From contig CAXXUA010000015.1 in NCBI GenBank assembly GCA_963663765.2, positions 64,001-128,000 of the forward strand: a stretch of DNA of 64,000 bases, written 5' to 3'. The translations under genes were made by a program, and so were the position numbers. The stretch is from Candidatus Poribacteria bacterium (GTDB lineage Bacteria > Poribacteria > WGA-4E > WGA-3G). Under the pieces are notes generated by a model. The model worked only from the letters and a program-made list of their open reading frames with translations, was not told the origin of the DNA and searched no databases. Shown one piece after another: positions 61,020 to 64,000 of the stretch; within the stretch, counting starts at the first letter, position 1, and the number at the start of each line of letters is the position of its first letter.

Positions 61020-61130
61020 GGTAGGAGGGACCCCGGGAATGCCGTAAGGTATTCACACCGTTGATTTACTTGTCAGGACTGTTTTAATACATGGTCTCCA
61101 TACGGTCGCGACTAGCAGGTAGCTCCTACC
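61020..61130. repeat. Degenerate REP doublet carrying the hairpin module
   Basis: ggtaggagggacc...ggtcgcgac...ctcctacc with gaatgccgtaaggtattcacaccgttgattt inserted. Confidence 0.65.
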
Positions 61131-61200
61131 TGTGAAGTGGTAAATTAATTCCATTAATTACCATAAATGAAGAGTACTTGTTAAGACAATCTGTTTGTTC

Positions 61201-62061
61201 TTATTGAGTCATAAGATATTTTATTATCTGTGCAGCAACTTCAGCTTTTGGATCATTTTCGCGTTCTGTTTGAAAGACAATCGCTAATCTGCCACGATCC
61301 CCATCTCGTACAATAACAGGATCTGCTAAGGTCCCATGAGGATTCCCAGTATCGCTTGCAAGTATTTTTTCAGCATACCAATCATCTCCAAGTTCATCTA
61401 AAGGAAATGGTCTATCAGATCTAAAATGAACCATACTTGGAGCTAATCTACTACCTTCCGCTGTTACAAACATATCTATGTTGTGTTCATATACATTAAT
61501 CTCAATTTCAGGGAGGTCCATTAAGTTTTGCATAGCACCGCGCTCGTTGGCTGTGCTTTCCGTACTGTTATACCCAAAATAGTCCGCTTGATTCAAAATC
61601 GTGTCACCGTCTTTAGATTCAATCCAGTTTTCAACAACTGAACCATCGGGTTGGGCGTTTCCCGAGGGATAGATCGTAGAGGGTAGGGCACCGTAAAGTA
61701 TACAGACATTCACCAACCCATTGTCAGTTGATTGAACCATCCAATCTCTGACAACTTCCTTGCTTTCCGTTATCTCCACTTGAATATTCTCTGATTCTAA
61801 GAGAAATTTTGTCATTTCTGCTTCATTTTCTGCAGAATCTTGACTTATCCAAAACGTTTTACCTATAAAAATCAATACATCTATAGGACGGTCATTTGGC
61901 TCATCAGATATAATATCTGATGGTTTCTGCTCAACCACCTTTTCTGACAGTATTACATCCGGTGCAGGGAGATTCTGCTGTTGTTGTGTTTTATTACAAC
62001 TGGTAAAGGAGATCATACAACAAATTAAAGTAAATAGAACAAAATTCTGATATTTTTTCAT
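61201..62061 (-). CDS. Hypothetical lipoprotein
   Basis: AAGGA RBS, FTSC lipobox-like, 286-aa ORF. Confidence 0.72.
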   Translation of the reverse strand: MKKYQNFVLFTLICCMISFTSCNKTQQQQNLPAPDVILSEKVVEQKPSDIISDEPNDRPIDVLIFIGKTFWISQDSAENEAEMTKFLLESENIQVEITESKEVVRDWMVQSTDNGLVNVCILYGALPSTIYPSGNAQPDGSVVENWIESKDGDTILNQADYFGYNSTESTANERGAMQNLMDLPEIEINVYEHNIDMFVTAEGSRLAPSMVHFRSDRPFPLDELGDDWYAEKILASDTGNPHGTLADPVIVRDGDRGRLAIVFQTERENDPKAEVAAQIIKYLMTQ

Positions 62062-62184
62062 TTATTTTTTCCTTATTTTTATGTGTTTGGAATTATACTA
62101 TGCACTGATATATGGATGCAAATTTGATGTTGTAAAAAACATTTCACTTCATATATTCCTATGATGTGAGGATTGCGTTTTTTC

Positions 62185-62213
62185 TTGCCTTAGCATAATG
62201 CCAGTGGTATAAT
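62185..62213 (+). promoter_or_regulatory. Sigma70-type promoter for pyrK-bioB
   Basis: TTGCCT-17-TATAAT with TG extension. Confidence 0.6.
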
Positions 62214-62316
62214 AATGAACATTCGTATAGTATGGATACACAAAATCCGCATCCTAAATCTCAAAATTCTTGATTTTCATTATTTAACTGAATCGGTTTA
62301 AGACTATTACTGTGCT

Positions 62317-63114
62317 ATGAACACTTTTGATACACATACGCCTATCCTGTCAAACGAGAAAGTTGCAGAGGATCATTTCCTATTAAGTTGTGAGTGTTCT
62401 AAGATTGCTTTGTATGCACTACCAGGGCAGTTTGTCCATGTTCTGATTTCGCAAGGTTCTGATCTCTTACTTAGAAGACCATTTACTATCTATTCAGTAG
62501 ATGGTGAGGTAATAACTATGCTCTATCAGATAATCGGAGATGGAACACAAAGATTATCTGAAATGCCCATTGGTGCACCTATACGTGTACTTGGTCCGCT
62601 TGGAAATACGTTTGACTTGCGTAAGAATCCTGAACCTGCTATTTTAGTTGGTGGCGGTGCGGGTATTGCTTCCTTGATGTTGCTTGCTACGAACTTACGA
62701 AAACAGAATATTCAAACAATTGCTTTGATTGGAGCCCAACATAGTAGGCGCCTGTTAAGTATAAACGATCTGAAAGAAATTGGAGTTACGGTACATATTG
62801 CTACCGATGATGGAAGTGTTGGACACCACGGGTTTGTTACCACTCTACTAACTGATATTCTAAAAAATTATGACTTGAACAATCCAATAATCTATGCTTG
62901 CGGTCCCCTTGGCATGCTGGCTGCAACCTCAAAAATAACAACAGAATTCAATGTTCATACTCAGGTAGCTATGGAGAATCGAATGGGTTGTGCAATGGGG
63001 GTATGTCTTGGATGTGTTTGTCCAGTCCGAATTGATGACAATCTCATTGAGTATCAAAGAGTATGCACCGAGGGTCCCGTTTTTAACGCAACTGACATCG
63101 CTTGGGAAATATAG
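62317..63114 (+). CDS. pyrK: Dihydroorotate dehydrogenase electron transfer subunit
   Basis: PGQFV, LRRPF, GPLGN, GGGAG, TDDGSVG, ACGP, MGCAMGVCLGC...VCTEGPVF. Confidence 0.92.
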   Translation: MNTFDTHTPILSNEKVAEDHFLLSCECSKIALYALPGQFVHVLISQGSDLLLRRPFTIYSVDGEVITMLYQIIGDGTQRLSEMPIGAPIRVLGPLGNTFDLRKNPEPAILVGGGAGIASLMLLATNLRKQNIQTIALIGAQHSRRLLSINDLKEIGVTVHIATDDGSVGHHGFVTTLLTDILKNYDLNNPIIYACGPLGMLAATSKITTEFNVHTQVAMENRMGCAMGVCLGCVCPVRIDDNLIEYQRVCTEGPVFNATDIAWEI

Positions 63115-63138
63115 CAAACAAAAGAAGAAGATAAAAAA

Positions 63139-64000
63139 ATGAAACCAACATTCTATCAAAATCTAACTAAGACAAGTCTTGATGGCGAACTACTATCAGA
63201 GGATTCCTGTGAACTGATATTATCTTCATCAGAAGTGGGATTGTTACCACTCTTAGACGCAGCGTATCAAGTCCGTAAAACTTATTTTCAAAGGACAGTC
63301 CAACTGCATATACTCAATAACGCACAAAACGGCAAGTGTCCTGAAGATTGCCACTACTGCGTTCAAGCGAAGACCGCATCAACAGAACTTGACTCTTATG
63401 CATTGAAACCTGAATCCGAAATACTCGCAGAAGCAGCACATGCATATCAGTCTGGTGCATATCGTTACTGCATTGTGATGAGTGGGCGCGGACCAAGTCC
63501 AAAACGCGTGACCCAGTTGGCAGAGATAGTGCAAAAAGTTAAATCACGCTTTCCAATTGAGGTATGTCTATCTGTTGGTTTGCTTGACGAATCCGCTGCT
63601 CACACCTTGAAAAAAGCTGGTCTTGACAGGTTAAATCACAATCTCAACACTTCCGAATCACATTATCCAAATATTTGCACCACACACACCTATCAGGACA
63701 GAATGGACACTTTACATGCTGCACAAACTGCTGGACTCGCATGCTGTTCAGGAGTCATCGTTGGAATGGGAGAGAAAAATGAGGACTTGATTAAGGTAGC
63801 AAAAGAACTCCGTAGACTAAAGGTCGCATCAATACCTGTGAATTTCTTCCTTCCGATTGATGGAACAGAATTAAACAGTACTTTAAACAATATACAACTT
63901 GATCATAAGACACCTTTAACCCCAAACTACTGTTTACGAGTATTATGTTTATATAGACTTCTAAATCCAGGTGCTGAGATTCGTGTTGCTGCAGGTAGGG
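63139..64000 (+). CDS. bioB: Biotin synthase (radical SAM), runs off the window end
   Basis: Translated by hand: CPEDCHYCVQ, VCLSVG, NHNLNTS, CSGVIVGMGE, SIPVNF, IRVAAGR. Confidence 0.92.
   Translation, partial: MKPTFYQNLTKTSLDGELLSEDSCELILSSSEVGLLPLLDAAYQVRKTYFQRTVQLHILNNAQNGKCPEDCHYCVQAKTASTELDSYALKPESEILAEAAHAYQSGAYRYCIVMSGRGPSPKRVTQLAEIVQKVKSRFPIEVCLSVGLLDESAAHTLKKAGLDRLNHNLNTSESHYPNICTTHTYQDRMDTLHAAQTAGLACCSGVIVGMGEKNEDLIKVAKELRRLKVASIPVNFFLPIDGTELNSTLNNIQLDHKTPLTPNYCLRVLCLYRLLNPGAEIRVAAGR

Noticed and set aside
1-64000. Short antisense and nested ORFs in the track; tRNA and rRNA genes
   Set aside because: Shadow ORFs of well-supported genes with no motifs; no cloverleaf or rRNA-like sequence recognised by eye

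Overview
AT-rich bacterial chromosomal window. Gene content and repeat style (WD40 lipoprotein, WG/KWG-repeat proteins, TPR-redoxins, AAA-PD-(D/E)XK protein, dense MITE/REP repeats) resemble Candidatus Poribacteria; that assignment is inference only. Housekeeping and transport genes (thrC, MalK-type ATPase, HldC-like, TRAP, SSS and sugar ABC transporters, YgfZ/GcvT, xylose isomerase-like, pyrK, partial bioB) are interleaved with three IS elements: ISKra4-type and IS1634 with perfect TIRs and TSDs, and an IS607. The IS607 TnpB has a rearranged RuvC (pro-Fanzor-like), no zinc finger, and a ~170-codon N-terminal extension overprinted on tnpA. Intergenic DNA holds at least six families of non-autonomous TIR elements carrying GTAG-REP hairpins, themselves invaded by a small GTAT-hairpin module, and two non-coding tandem arrays (~125 bp x6+; 130 bp x5). 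The 130-bp array precedes a two-gene AAA-nuclease + Zn-finger-HNH-WYL operon, a candidate defence system. No rRNA, tRNA or CRISPR-Cas was seen. All calls are from reading the sequence by eye, without database searches.
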